Shown piece after piece: positions 57,801 through 64,000 of a stretch of DNA of 64,000 nucleotides. Position numbers and translations under genes: made by a program. The notes beneath the pieces were generated by a model, which saw only the letters and a list, made by a program, of their open reading frames with translations, was not told the origin of the DNA and did not search any database. Origin of the DNA: a virus; the IMG/VR virus record IMGVR_UViG_3300006104_000013, positions 35,553 to 99,552 of that record. The stretch is one strand, 5' to 3'. Numbering within the stretch: the stretch's first letter is position 1; every line of letters starts with the position of its first letter.

Positions 57801-58425
57801 TAACCCGGAATTGATCCGCTGGGTACGCGGAAAAGCCGGAGAGAATTCTGCGACCCGGTGCATTCCTTACCCGTTTTTCAGCATGTCATCCCGTATCAAG
57901 GTCGAGTTCCTGAATGGGTATATTGCCGGGGACGGGTGCATCTCGAAGAACCGAGGAACGCCGTCGGCAGTGACGTCGTCGCCCCGACTCTATGGGGAAT
58001 TGCAGCGCCTTGCCGTCGAGCTGGGGATACCTGTGAATGGCCACCGCATCGCCGCTAAAAAGGAAAACCACAACGATACCTACCAGATCAATTTTGGAAG
58101 GGGTGAACGGAGTGAGGTCTGCGTTCGGACCTACCGAAACCTCAAGACGGTTCCGTACTCAGGAAAAATCTGGTGCCTGACCGTTCCGACCGGGGCCTAC
58201 TATGTCCGGCGCAATGGCTGCGTCGCGGTCTGCGGCAACTCCAGCCACTGGAACAACAAGCCGGACGCCGGGATTGTCGTGCATAGGTCTTCACCAACGG
58301 AGTCGCTTATCCGGATCGTCAAGTCGCGGTATCACGACTCCATCGGCAAGCCGGGCGAGAAGACGTACAGCTTCAACGACCACAATGGGCGTTATCAGTG
58401 GGTGGATGAAATCAATGAATTTTAG
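54886..58425 (+). CDS. TOPRIM primase-SF4 helicase (T7 gp4/Twinkle-like) with two inteins
   Basis: ITEGEFDA, D.D..G, KDLND; Walker A GIPSHGK|S; IIVIDPWN; VAHP.K; ~476-aa extein. Confidence 0.92.
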   Translation: MLSGDVIAAIEARGLDPELVARLGVDGTDKLDGVAIAIPYFMNGQVVNHKYRTLTGEKRFMQDANSVKCFWNIDCLRDENLADQPLIITEGEFDAIAALQSGFFRVLSVPDGAPKEEVGDQDSKKYSYIDDRFYEAIKGVREIILAVDGDGPGANLLNDLALKLGKSRCKWVSYPKGCKDLNDALRKYGVKGVKMTMERAQWLRVAGLFRMSELPPVPDATPLPSGIPGLEEHFNLRMGDFTVITGIPSHGKALYIETPIPTPSGWTTMGELRVGDVVFGDDGIPCRVKRITPVMHDHDCFKMIFSDGSELIADADHQWLTSTDKARRSERETLKKRNGREETLPGGSDQRWKRTYPSVVTTKEISTTLRAQGKWNHQIQNAKPLSLPMMNVPIPPYTLGVWLGDGYSSSGAVTCFDHEIIDCVSADGVVARARKNDENSFCLIGIQPVLRKIGVLGNKHIPASYLRSSEEQRLELLKGLMDTDGYCAKDGTCEITLTNHQLAMDTYEVICSLGLRAKWMEGRATLNGRDISAKYRIQFTPPYAVFKLKRKANRQRYSGQNRAKTSYRTVMGCVSVPSVPVRCIEVDSPSHMFLAGREMIPTHNSSFVNDLVCHYVERYGFNVTFASFEQHPQLDHKRNLRRWHAKVKVHSATREELELADIWIDQHFSFIVPDEDEDATLAWCLERCAASVIQHGSKIIVIDPWNEMDHIKAPDQSLTEYVGYAIKQFKKFARKYHVHVIVVAHPAKLKRKDDGEFPIPDLYDISDCYSDDTEALTKRGWLRHEEMVVTDEVMCFDLETGENRWESPERIVCHDFDGEMMNFVGYGYDLLVSPNHRMVIKPDWKEPVGDGSGRGRPVKYQKGVWGFETASRLPKAPFTLPKAGTPVDGDDPDLLTIDGKVIPALEFAEFMGLWVAEGCWQSSGISMCQKEGPVADRIDHLIEALGFSATRAVHYDKRGLLPIVTWYFGVRDNPELIRWVRGKAGENSATRCIPYPFFSMSSRIKVEFLNGYIAGDGCISKNRGTPSAVTSSPRLYGELQRLAVELGIPVNGHRIAAKKENHNDTYQINFGRGERSEVCVRTYRNLKTVPYSGKIWCLTVPTGAYYVRRNGCVAVCGNSSHWNNKPDAGIVVHRSSPTESLIRIVKSRYHDSIGKPGEKTYSFNDHNGRYQWVDEINEF
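55642..56697 (+). mobile_element. class 3 (Ala1, WCT) intein with LAGLIDADG endonuclease
   Basis: GK|ALYIETPIPTPSGW...ADADHQW...LGVWLGDG...GLMDTDG...VRCIEV...IPTHN|S; 352 aa. Confidence 0.9.
57187..58239 (+). mobile_element. class 1 intein with LAGLIDADG endonuclease
   Basis: ISD|CYSDDTEALTKRGW...VSPNHRM...GLWVAEG...GYIAGDG...IWCLTVP...VCGN|S; 351 aa. Confidence 0.9.
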
Positions 58426-58431
58426 GGGAAG

Positions 58432-58461
58432 CCGTGTTTTGTCAGATTTGACAAAACACGG
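58432..58461. terminator. perfect 13-bp hairpin between convergent units
   Basis: CCGTGTTTTGTCA-GATT-TGACAAAACACGG. Confidence 0.65.
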
Positions 58462-59100
58462 TGATCAAGATCAATCGGGGTGTCCGGTCACATTATCCGC
58501 CCAAGGTGAGAAATCTGCCGACAGCACCGGACTGCGGCCCAAGGGCGGCCCGATTTAAAACTGGCTGGGGCCACCTGACGGCGGTGATTGCCCCATTCTC
58601 CTATCCCGTCTGTCACCGGGCTCTACCCGGTCTCTGGCCCCGCTTTGGTGACGTCCCCATCGCGGTATATAAGCCGACAACCGGAGTCGCCGGGAGCGCC
58701 GAAGCGCGAAGTCCAAAAACAAAGTGGCCGTGGGCGGAGAAACTGTCAAGGAAACTCACCCACGGCCATGTACCAGATCGGGAAGCGCTGGTTCGCCTTG
58801 CGATGGGGCATGAGTCCCACATCCCTGTCGTGGATTAGAGTGCAACGACTAGCGCACATTGGATCGGCTTTCGCCTTTCCGCTGCGGCATCCATGGTTCC
58901 TGGGGGATAGGCTACCGCAGTTTTGTTCTCGCCGTTCCGGAACCCTTTTTTCCGGCTTAGGTATCTCAGCTAGGGCTGAGACGGCGAACGCTTGGACTCG
59001 AACCAAGGACCTTCTGGTTATGAGCCAGACGAGCTGCCGCTGCTCCACGCCGCCGAACTAAAGGCCCACCGTTTTGCACGTGCGTGTGGTGGGCCGTGAC
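58462..59100 (-). ncRNA. large structured non-coding transcript containing tRNA
   Basis: Dedicated promoter, >12 helices, GAAA and UUCG tetraloops on minus strand, no credible ORF. Confidence 0.6.
58982..59054 (-). tRNA. tRNA with CAT anticodon (Met, initiator-like), atypical acceptor stem
   Basis: GGCGGCGTGGAGCAGCGGCAGCTCGTCTGGCTCATAACCAGAAGGTCCTTGGTTCGAGTCCAAGCGTTCGCCG. Confidence 0.8.
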
Positions 59101-59107
59101 AAGAAGG

Positions 59108-59136
59108 ATCGTAACCCACATGGATTTAGGTGTCAA
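59108..59136 (-). promoter_or_regulatory. strong sigma70 promoter for ncRNA/tRNA unit
   Basis: TTGACA-17 nt-TACGAT. Confidence 0.75.
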
Positions 59137-59795
59137 CCACTAAAAGAGCCACCACCACCGCCTGCGCCGTTCCCGCCAAAAAACATCGGTCCACTTGGCG
59201 AATGATACATTGCGCCATTGGGCATCGGTTCGACCTCGAACATATATTCGTCGAGCTTTTCCATCGCCGCCGTGTTGACGGAAAGGGATTCCTCGGCCTG
59301 CTTGATCCCGACATTAAGGTTCATGATGCTTGCCCGCAAGCTTTCGGCCAAAAGATTGGTGCCGACTCCGCTCTTGTTCTTGAACTTTGTCGCCAGCTTT
59401 ATGAGCCGATCACGTTCCTTCGTAAAAGAGGCGTGATCCTCTTTGATCTTTTTTATCATCACGCGAAACGCGGCCTTCATCAGATCAACAACGTCCCGAT
59501 AGACGACGCTGTCGCCGTAGGCTTGCAGGATCTGCTGGAGAGCCCCGGCCAGTTGGGCGCTGATTGCGGCCTCCCGGTTGTTTGGGGCCGTTTCAGCATA
59601 TTGCCCGGTCTCGTCGTATCTCTTGCGCCGATCCTCGTCGCCCAGGACGTCGGCAGCCAGCTTAACCAAAGCAAACGATGCACCGTCACCACCGGTATCG
59701 GGATGGGCGCTCTTTGCGGCGTTCCGATAGGCTTTTTTAATCTCGTCCGGAGTCGCGTCACGTCCGACACCGAGAACATCATAAAGATCGTCCAT
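59133..59795 (-). CDS. J-domain (DnaJ-like) protein
   Basis: DLYDVLGV...EIKKAYR..AK..HPD. Confidence 0.9.
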   Translation of the reverse strand: MDDLYDVLGVGRDATPDEIKKAYRNAAKSAHPDTGGDGASFALVKLAADVLGDEDRRKRYDETGQYAETAPNNREAAISAQLAGALQQILQAYGDSVVYRDVVDLMKAAFRVMIKKIKEDHASFTKERDRLIKLATKFKNKSGVGTNLLAESLRASIMNLNVGIKQAEESLSVNTAAMEKLDEYMFEVEPMPNGAMYHSPSGPMFFGGNGAGGGGGSFSG

Positions 59796-59807
59796 CCCCC
59801 ATACCTC

Positions 59808-60332
59808 CTAGTAGGCGCTCAAATCAAATTTGTCGTAGGTCTTCTTGCGCAAGGTCAGCTTATAACCGTCCGCATTTTTATAGTTATATTTGCCGGACCC
59901 AGATTGCGATTGAATGATGTCGGCGGGCGTGAAAATGGCATCGATCCATTCGCGGTCCCCATTCTTTGCTTTCTTCTCGCCGTAGCACCCGCAGCGACGA
60001 ACAATTCCCGTGAGCGGGTTGCCCTGACTTGCCGCCAGCGTGGAAATGCGCTTGGCCAGCAGGCTTTTGCCAGATCCTTTTTCACCGTTCAGCATCACGC
60101 CGGTCGCAGCGTCACGGGTATTGAATGTGGTCAAGATGCGTTGGGCATGGCGCTCGGTGTCACCGTAGAGCTTCGGCGGCAGAGTGAAGTCCTCGACCAT
60201 TTCCAAATAAAGCTCACCTTCCGGGCTGCATTTGACCATATAGGTGCCGACGGGCAACATTTTGTGCATGTCGAGATTGAGTTCGTCGGTCAGCCGGTAA
60301 TGATCCCCGCTGCGCAAAAAAATAGTACCCAT
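59808..60332 (-). pseudogene. truncated/chimeric AAA ATPase
   Basis: Walker A GEKGSGKS but no Walker B; unrelated C-terminus. Confidence 0.55.
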
Positions 60333-60382
60333 GTTCGTGTTCTCCGTCTGTGTTAAACTAAGAGTTAGTGGTAAACCACTGT

Positions 60383-60784
60383 CTATTGTGGGTCAACCCC
60401 GAAAAGCGTTTTGTATGAATTTTTCCAATCAGCGACCATGCGCTGGGCATCCGGCAAAGAGAGAGTGTGGTGCCAGCAGACTCGGCGGTACAGCTCGCCT
60501 TCGACTCTGTCTTTGAGGTACGACTCGTGCTTTTCCTGGGGAATCATGTTCGCTTCGGCATCCGCTCCGCCCAATCCCAGACTGATTATGTGGTCGATGA
60601 CGTAGCCACGGTGATCGACAATCCCATATTTTTGGTAGATCCGGGTTCGTCGTCCATAATCATTCACCCGCACCTCAGAGGTCGGAGTCGAGCAAACTTC
60701 CCGGACATCTGTCGTTCTGATCTCTTGCCCCAAGGCCATGGACGGCATGAGGACGGCAGCCGCAATTGCGATCTTTACGTTCAT
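60383..60784 (-). CDS. signal-peptide-bearing HNH-like nuclease
   Basis: N-terminal signal; IDHIISL.LGG....N..PQ...KD.VE..L...VC. Confidence 0.65.
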   Translation of the reverse strand: MNVKIAIAAAVLMPSMALGQEIRTTDVREVCSTPTSEVRVNDYGRRTRIYQKYGIVDHRGYVIDHIISLGLGGADAEANMIPQEKHESYLKDRVEGELYRRVCWHHTLSLPDAQRMVADWKNSYKTLFGVDPQ

Positions 60785-60907
60785 CGTTTTCTTCCTTGGT
60801 CTAAAGCTTCGGCCATCCGCGCATTTGTTGGAGCTTTATCCACAAAGCGACGGCAACCACTGCCCAGAAGAGAGCAATCCCCCAAGATCCTTGCTGGTCG
60901 CACATGA

Positions 60908-61165
60908 TTACGTCTTTGCCAGGAGCGCTTCGATGCCTTCGGCTATTTCATCCGCAGCTTCGGCGTGTCCGACATATCCCTGAATGTCCCCCCATTCATC
61001 GGACATCCGTTTTGCAATCTTAAGCGCAGCCCTAACCCCCGCCTCGTAGCCCTCGGCCTTGGCTGCTTCCAGTTCTGCGCGTAGCTTTTGAATAGTAGCC
61101 TTGGCGTCATGCGCTCCGCTGAGGTAGGCTATTGTGAGTAGTTCGCTTTCTTCTTGGTCGGTCAT
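60908..61165 (-). CDS. hypothetical protein
   Basis: Tiles leftward operon. Confidence 0.55.
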   Translation of the reverse strand: MTDQEESELLTIAYLSGAHDAKATIQKLRAELEAAKAEGYEAGVRAALKIAKRMSDEWGDIQGYVGHAEAADEIAEGIEALLAKT

Positions 61166-61426
61166 TTAGCAGTCCTCTTCGTATTTGTCGAAATACACAA
61201 CGCTATCAGTTGTGCAGGTCACCCGACCATTACGCTGCTTCACTATCTGCAAAGCAGTTTCCTTATCGGGAGCGAGAGCAATATGTTTTGAGCCGTAGCG
61301 CAGAACCTTTCTGACCTCCCATGCGTATTGTGGTGTCATTTCATAGGATCCAATACAACGTGATAGCCGAGCAATCCGGCGATAAGGATAAAGAGAAGGA
61401 CTGATCCGCAGAAGGTTCTTAGCCAA
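61166..61426 (-). CDS. hypothetical protein
   Basis: Tiles leftward operon. Confidence 0.5.
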   Translation of the reverse strand: MAKNLLRISPSLYPYRRIARLSRCIGSYEMTPQYAWEVRKVLRYGSKHIALAPDKETALQIVKQRNGRVTCTTDSVVYFDKYEEDC

Positions 61427-61615
61427 GTCATCGTTTCGTTTCGTCCTTCGTCAAAAGTTCATCATCGGCGTTCCAGTCAACTTTAGGTATGTTGCTTCTG
61501 TAGTATTCGTTACCGCAACCTTTCCTATGCGTAACACAGTAAAAATTGTCGTTTTTCATATTGAAATACGTTTCACCTCCGCAGCAAGGGCAGGGGGTAT
61601 ACTTCATGTTGGTCA

Positions 61616-62791
61616 TCACGCACCTTCCTTCGGCGTCCAGTTGTCTTCGATCCCGGTGTCTGTGCGATGGAGGCACAGAGTGCAAGCTGCCCTATGCCGT
61701 GTGCCGCACTTAGAGCAAAACCCCCAATACATCATCTTGGTCTTATCGACAGGCTTCCAGTTACACAGAACTTCATCGCAAGACGAACACGGAGATTGCC
61801 CATTCGCGTCAACGGTCCCACCGAACCAGTCGCAGTTGTCACACGACTTATCGACAGGCGCGGCTTTGCTGGCTTGCCATGCGCGGTATTCGTTGCACAG
61901 AGCTATTTCAGCTTCTTCGCTTTCCGTGTCATTGTTCCACACATCCAAAGCCCTCAGCACATCGTCTGGTGGGCATTTGGCGGACACGTACTCAAATTGG
62001 CGCGACACGGTTCCGAAAGTATCCGTCGTCCGTTCCAACTGCCGCTTAAGTTCGTCGCGCTCTGCTTCGAGTTTAGCGATGTCTTCACGGTGGGCTTTGT
62101 CCCGTAAGGCATCAACCCCGAAATAATCAGCGGTCCATCTGACAACTTCAGCTTCCAACTCCACAATCCTCGCGTCACGGTCATCCGGCGGGGCGGCAGC
62201 AAGGGCTGCGTTGATTAAACGCTCGGTGCTAGGCTTTCTGTACAGACCAGCCGACGTAATATCCCCCATAATAGCCTCGTAAGCCGCCACCATCCCCGGC
62301 GTTGCCTTGGCGGGGTAGCTGGCTTGTGCCGCCATAAACTGCGTGTGGGCGTACTCGGTCAGGTCTTCGATTCCCGCCAACAGCGCATCCTTGCACTCGA
62401 CCAGAGCAATCAGCAAGGCTTGCTGGGCGGCGATGGTGGCTTGGGCTTCTTTATTGGTAAATGATCGCATGTTGAATTTTTCCAGTTCCTCTACTCCAGG
62501 CAATAGTGTGGATCGGGGTTCTTCAAGAGAGGTGGGGGCTTCTTGGCCCTTGGCACCGTTGTCCAAATCCGGCGCGGGGGCAGTCACCAATTCTGATAGC
62601 GGGATGAGGTCGGCATCACTTTCTTCTCCTGCCAAAGACCGACCACTTGCGGTCCATGTGTACCCGCCACTACTACCGACCTTTCCGGCAAATGGGTAAT
62701 GCAGTCCTTCCAGTGTTTCAGTAATCACCACATCCCGACCATCGCGGGTCTTGGGGCCGAAGCCGTACTTGGCATTGGGGTTGTCAGTCAT
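61616..62791 (-). CDS. mosaic hypothetical protein (Ead/Ea22-like accessory)
   Basis: KTRDGR.V..G.V....WT..G N-domain, coiled coil, Cys-rich C-terminus. Confidence 0.6.
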   Translation of the reverse strand: MTDNPNAKYGFGPKTRDGRDVVITETLEGLHYPFAGKVGSSGGYTWTASGRSLAGEESDADLIPLSELVTAPAPDLDNGAKGQEAPTSLEEPRSTLLPGVEELEKFNMRSFTNKEAQATIAAQQALLIALVECKDALLAGIEDLTEYAHTQFMAAQASYPAKATPGMVAAYEAIMGDITSAGLYRKPSTERLINAALAAAPPDDRDARIVELEAEVVRWTADYFGVDALRDKAHREDIAKLEAERDELKRQLERTTDTFGTVSRQFEYVSAKCPPDDVLRALDVWNNDTESEEAEIALCNEYRAWQASKAAPVDKSCDNCDWFGGTVDANGQSPCSSCDEVLCNWKPVDKTKMMYWGFCSKCGTRHRAACTLCLHRTDTGIEDNWTPKEGA

Positions 62792-63822
62792 TCTGTGTAT
62801 CCCACATGGTGTTTAATCAGCCCAACAACCACGCGACCTTTATCGGTGATTGTCTCCCGGTTATTGATGTAGCCGAGCGCCTTAAGGTGCTTGATCGAAG
62901 CGTCTGACAGCACTTCCTTTGGCTTGCCAAGATCGAGGCAGATCAGGTATTTCAATTCCGGCTTAGTTGGATTTCTCATTTCGTCACTCATAATCTCATC
63001 TCCAATCTGTGCGGACCTTTCGGACCACAGGCTTTTAACCGAACGCTTTGATAAATCCCGCCGCGACTTGCGGGACGATGGCGTTGCCATAACCGCGCAG
63101 TCGTCCCACGCGGGCGGGAACCCCATAAGCCAGCGGCTCAGTGCCGGGTTCAACTGGCCGATATTTTTCATCTCTGCACCAGAGCCAGTCAGCTTCCCCC
63201 CAGAAGTTCCCCACACCTGTCTTCCCAGAGCGCATTTTACCGGGACCGTCCCGTCCGATGATCCGTCTTTGTGGTCCCGCGCTGTCGGTGTCGCCCACGA
63301 GGATAGGTGAACCGCAATGTCCGCCAAGCCGACTTGCGGGTCGGTGGGCTTCCTCGTCCCGTCCGTTATCGGCGGCTTCGATTTCGCCTCTATGATGTGT
63401 GCGTTGGGAGTCGGCCACCCAGAACAGTCGGGATCGGATGTGCGGTGCGCCGACGCCCGCAGCAGGGATACCGACCGCCCCGAAGGCGTAGCCTTCTCCT
63501 TCCAAGTCATCTTGAACAAGATCGAGCCATCCGTGCCTAATTGCTGCATCAACCTGCTCACCAAAGATGATGTCAGGTTTGCAGACCTTGATGAGATGGT
63601 GGAAGTGCGGCCATAAGTGCCGCTCGTCATCAACCCCTTTTCCTTGGCCTGCCGCGCTGAAAGGTTGACATGGGGCGCTTCCGGTCCAGACGGGACGATC
63701 TTCGGGCCATCGGGCGAGGCGCAAGGCTTCTTCCCATCCGCCGATACCGGCGAAGAAGTGGCATCTATTAAATCCAGCAAGTTCATCTGGTGTAACATCT
63801 TGAATATCCCTCTCATCCACAA
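62788..63822 (-). CDS. C5-MTase beta polypeptide (TRD + motif IX) in alternative frame, continuing in-frame into a downstream ORF
   Basis: WPTP, WATPTARDHKDG, GQLNPALSRWLMGFP..W; start uncertain. Confidence 0.7.
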   Translation of the reverse strand: MWMRGIFKMLHQMNLLDLIDATSSPVSADGKKPCASPDGPKIVPSGPEAPHVNLSARQAKEKGLMTSGTYGRTSTISSRSANLTSSLVSRLMQQLGTDGSILFKMTWKEKATPSGRSVSLLRASAHRTSDPDCSGWPTPNAHIIEAKSKPPITDGTRKPTDPQVGLADIAVHLSSWATPTARDHKDGSSDGTVPVKCALGRQVWGTSGGKLTGSGAEMKNIGQLNPALSRWLMGFPPAWDDCAVMATPSSRKSRRDLSKRSVKSLWSERSAQIGDEIMSDEMRNPTKPELKYLICLDLGKPKEVLSDASIKHLKALGYINNRETITDKGRVVVGLIKHHVGYTE

Positions 63823-63907
63823 CGCCGTCAGTGATGTGGCCTGCCTTGATCAGTTCGCGCAGCCAAGCGGCGGCGAACGGATCGTGTTCGTTGTAATAAG
63901 CGGTCAT
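63035..63907 (-). CDS. dcm: DNA cytosine-5 methyltransferase, alpha polypeptide
   Basis: FFAGIGGW, PCQPFS, GEQV, PH.R.RLF, RLRGYGNAIVPQVA; lacks motif IX. Confidence 0.88.
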   Translation of the reverse strand: MTAYYNEHDPFAAAWLRELIKAGHITDGVVDERDIQDVTPDELAGFNRCHFFAGIGGWEEALRLARWPEDRPVWTGSAPCQPFSAAGQGKGVDDERHLWPHFHHLIKVCKPDIIFGEQVDAAIRHGWLDLVQDDLEGEGYAFGAVGIPAAGVGAPHIRSRLFWVADSQRTHHRGEIEAADNGRDEEAHRPASRLGGHCGSPILVGDTDSAGPQRRIIGRDGPGKMRSGKTGVGNFWGEADWLWCRDEKYRPVEPGTEPLAYGVPARVGRLRGYGNAIVPQVAAGFIKAFG

Positions 63908-64000
63908 CTGTGTTCTTCCCACAACTTCCGCTTAAGCTCGTCGCACAAGAGCAATGCTTGCAATGGGTCGTCAGCCTTACGCAGACGATCCACAAGGGTG

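Noticed and set aside
58461-59061. ORFs overlapping the ncRNA region (58461..58838, 58588..59061, 58746..59048)
   Set aside because: No recognisable motifs or RBS; two of them overlap the tRNA and all overlap dense RNA structure
60351-60370. Possible CtrA box (TTAA...TTAG)
   Set aside because: Spacing is 8 rather than 7 nt and the second half-site is imperfect
1-64000. Genome-wide stop-codon reassignment
   Set aside because: TGA, TAG and TAA all end many genes cleanly, with ATGA/TGATG overlaps, and long ORFs are intact under code 11

Overview
The window is most of the genome of a tailed dsDNA phage, probably podovirus-like, since it has no tape measure, tail tube or sheath genes but does have ejection-type internal proteins. 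The host is probably an alphaproteobacterium, judged from a GapR homologue and a Rhodospirillales-type XRE regulator. 1-37.3 kb (+): capsid, head-tail, GNAT pair, a 1677-aa internal protein, a 3.7k-aa DarB-like polyvalent protein (InPase, strawberry-notch helicase, adenine MTase), a nozzle and three paralogous triple-LamG tail fibres. 37.3-42.6 kb: lysis region carrying a periplasmic binding protein, an outer-membrane beta-barrel and an HNH insertion. 42.6-48.1 kb (-): recombination genes (SSB, RecT-like, ExoVIII-like) and XRE. 48.5-58.4 kb (+): Cro, GapR, MazG, VRR-NUC, Rha/RHH cassette, MT-A70 and a split primase-helicase with two inteins. 58.4-64 kb (-): an ncRNA/tRNA unit, J-domain protein, secreted HNH and a two-frame C5 methyltransferase. 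The most notable unannotated signals are: (1) a promoter-driven ~640-nt highly structured non-coding transcript containing a tRNA(CAT); (2) in-frame UGA readthrough with a 3' stem-loop into a startless conserved domain; (3) a recurrent xxxGG motif across head/internal proteins; (4) two homologous multi-branched RNA elements in the leftward operon; (5) further structured intergenic RNAs. All family assignments are from motif recognition, not database searches. RNA folds were paired by eye.
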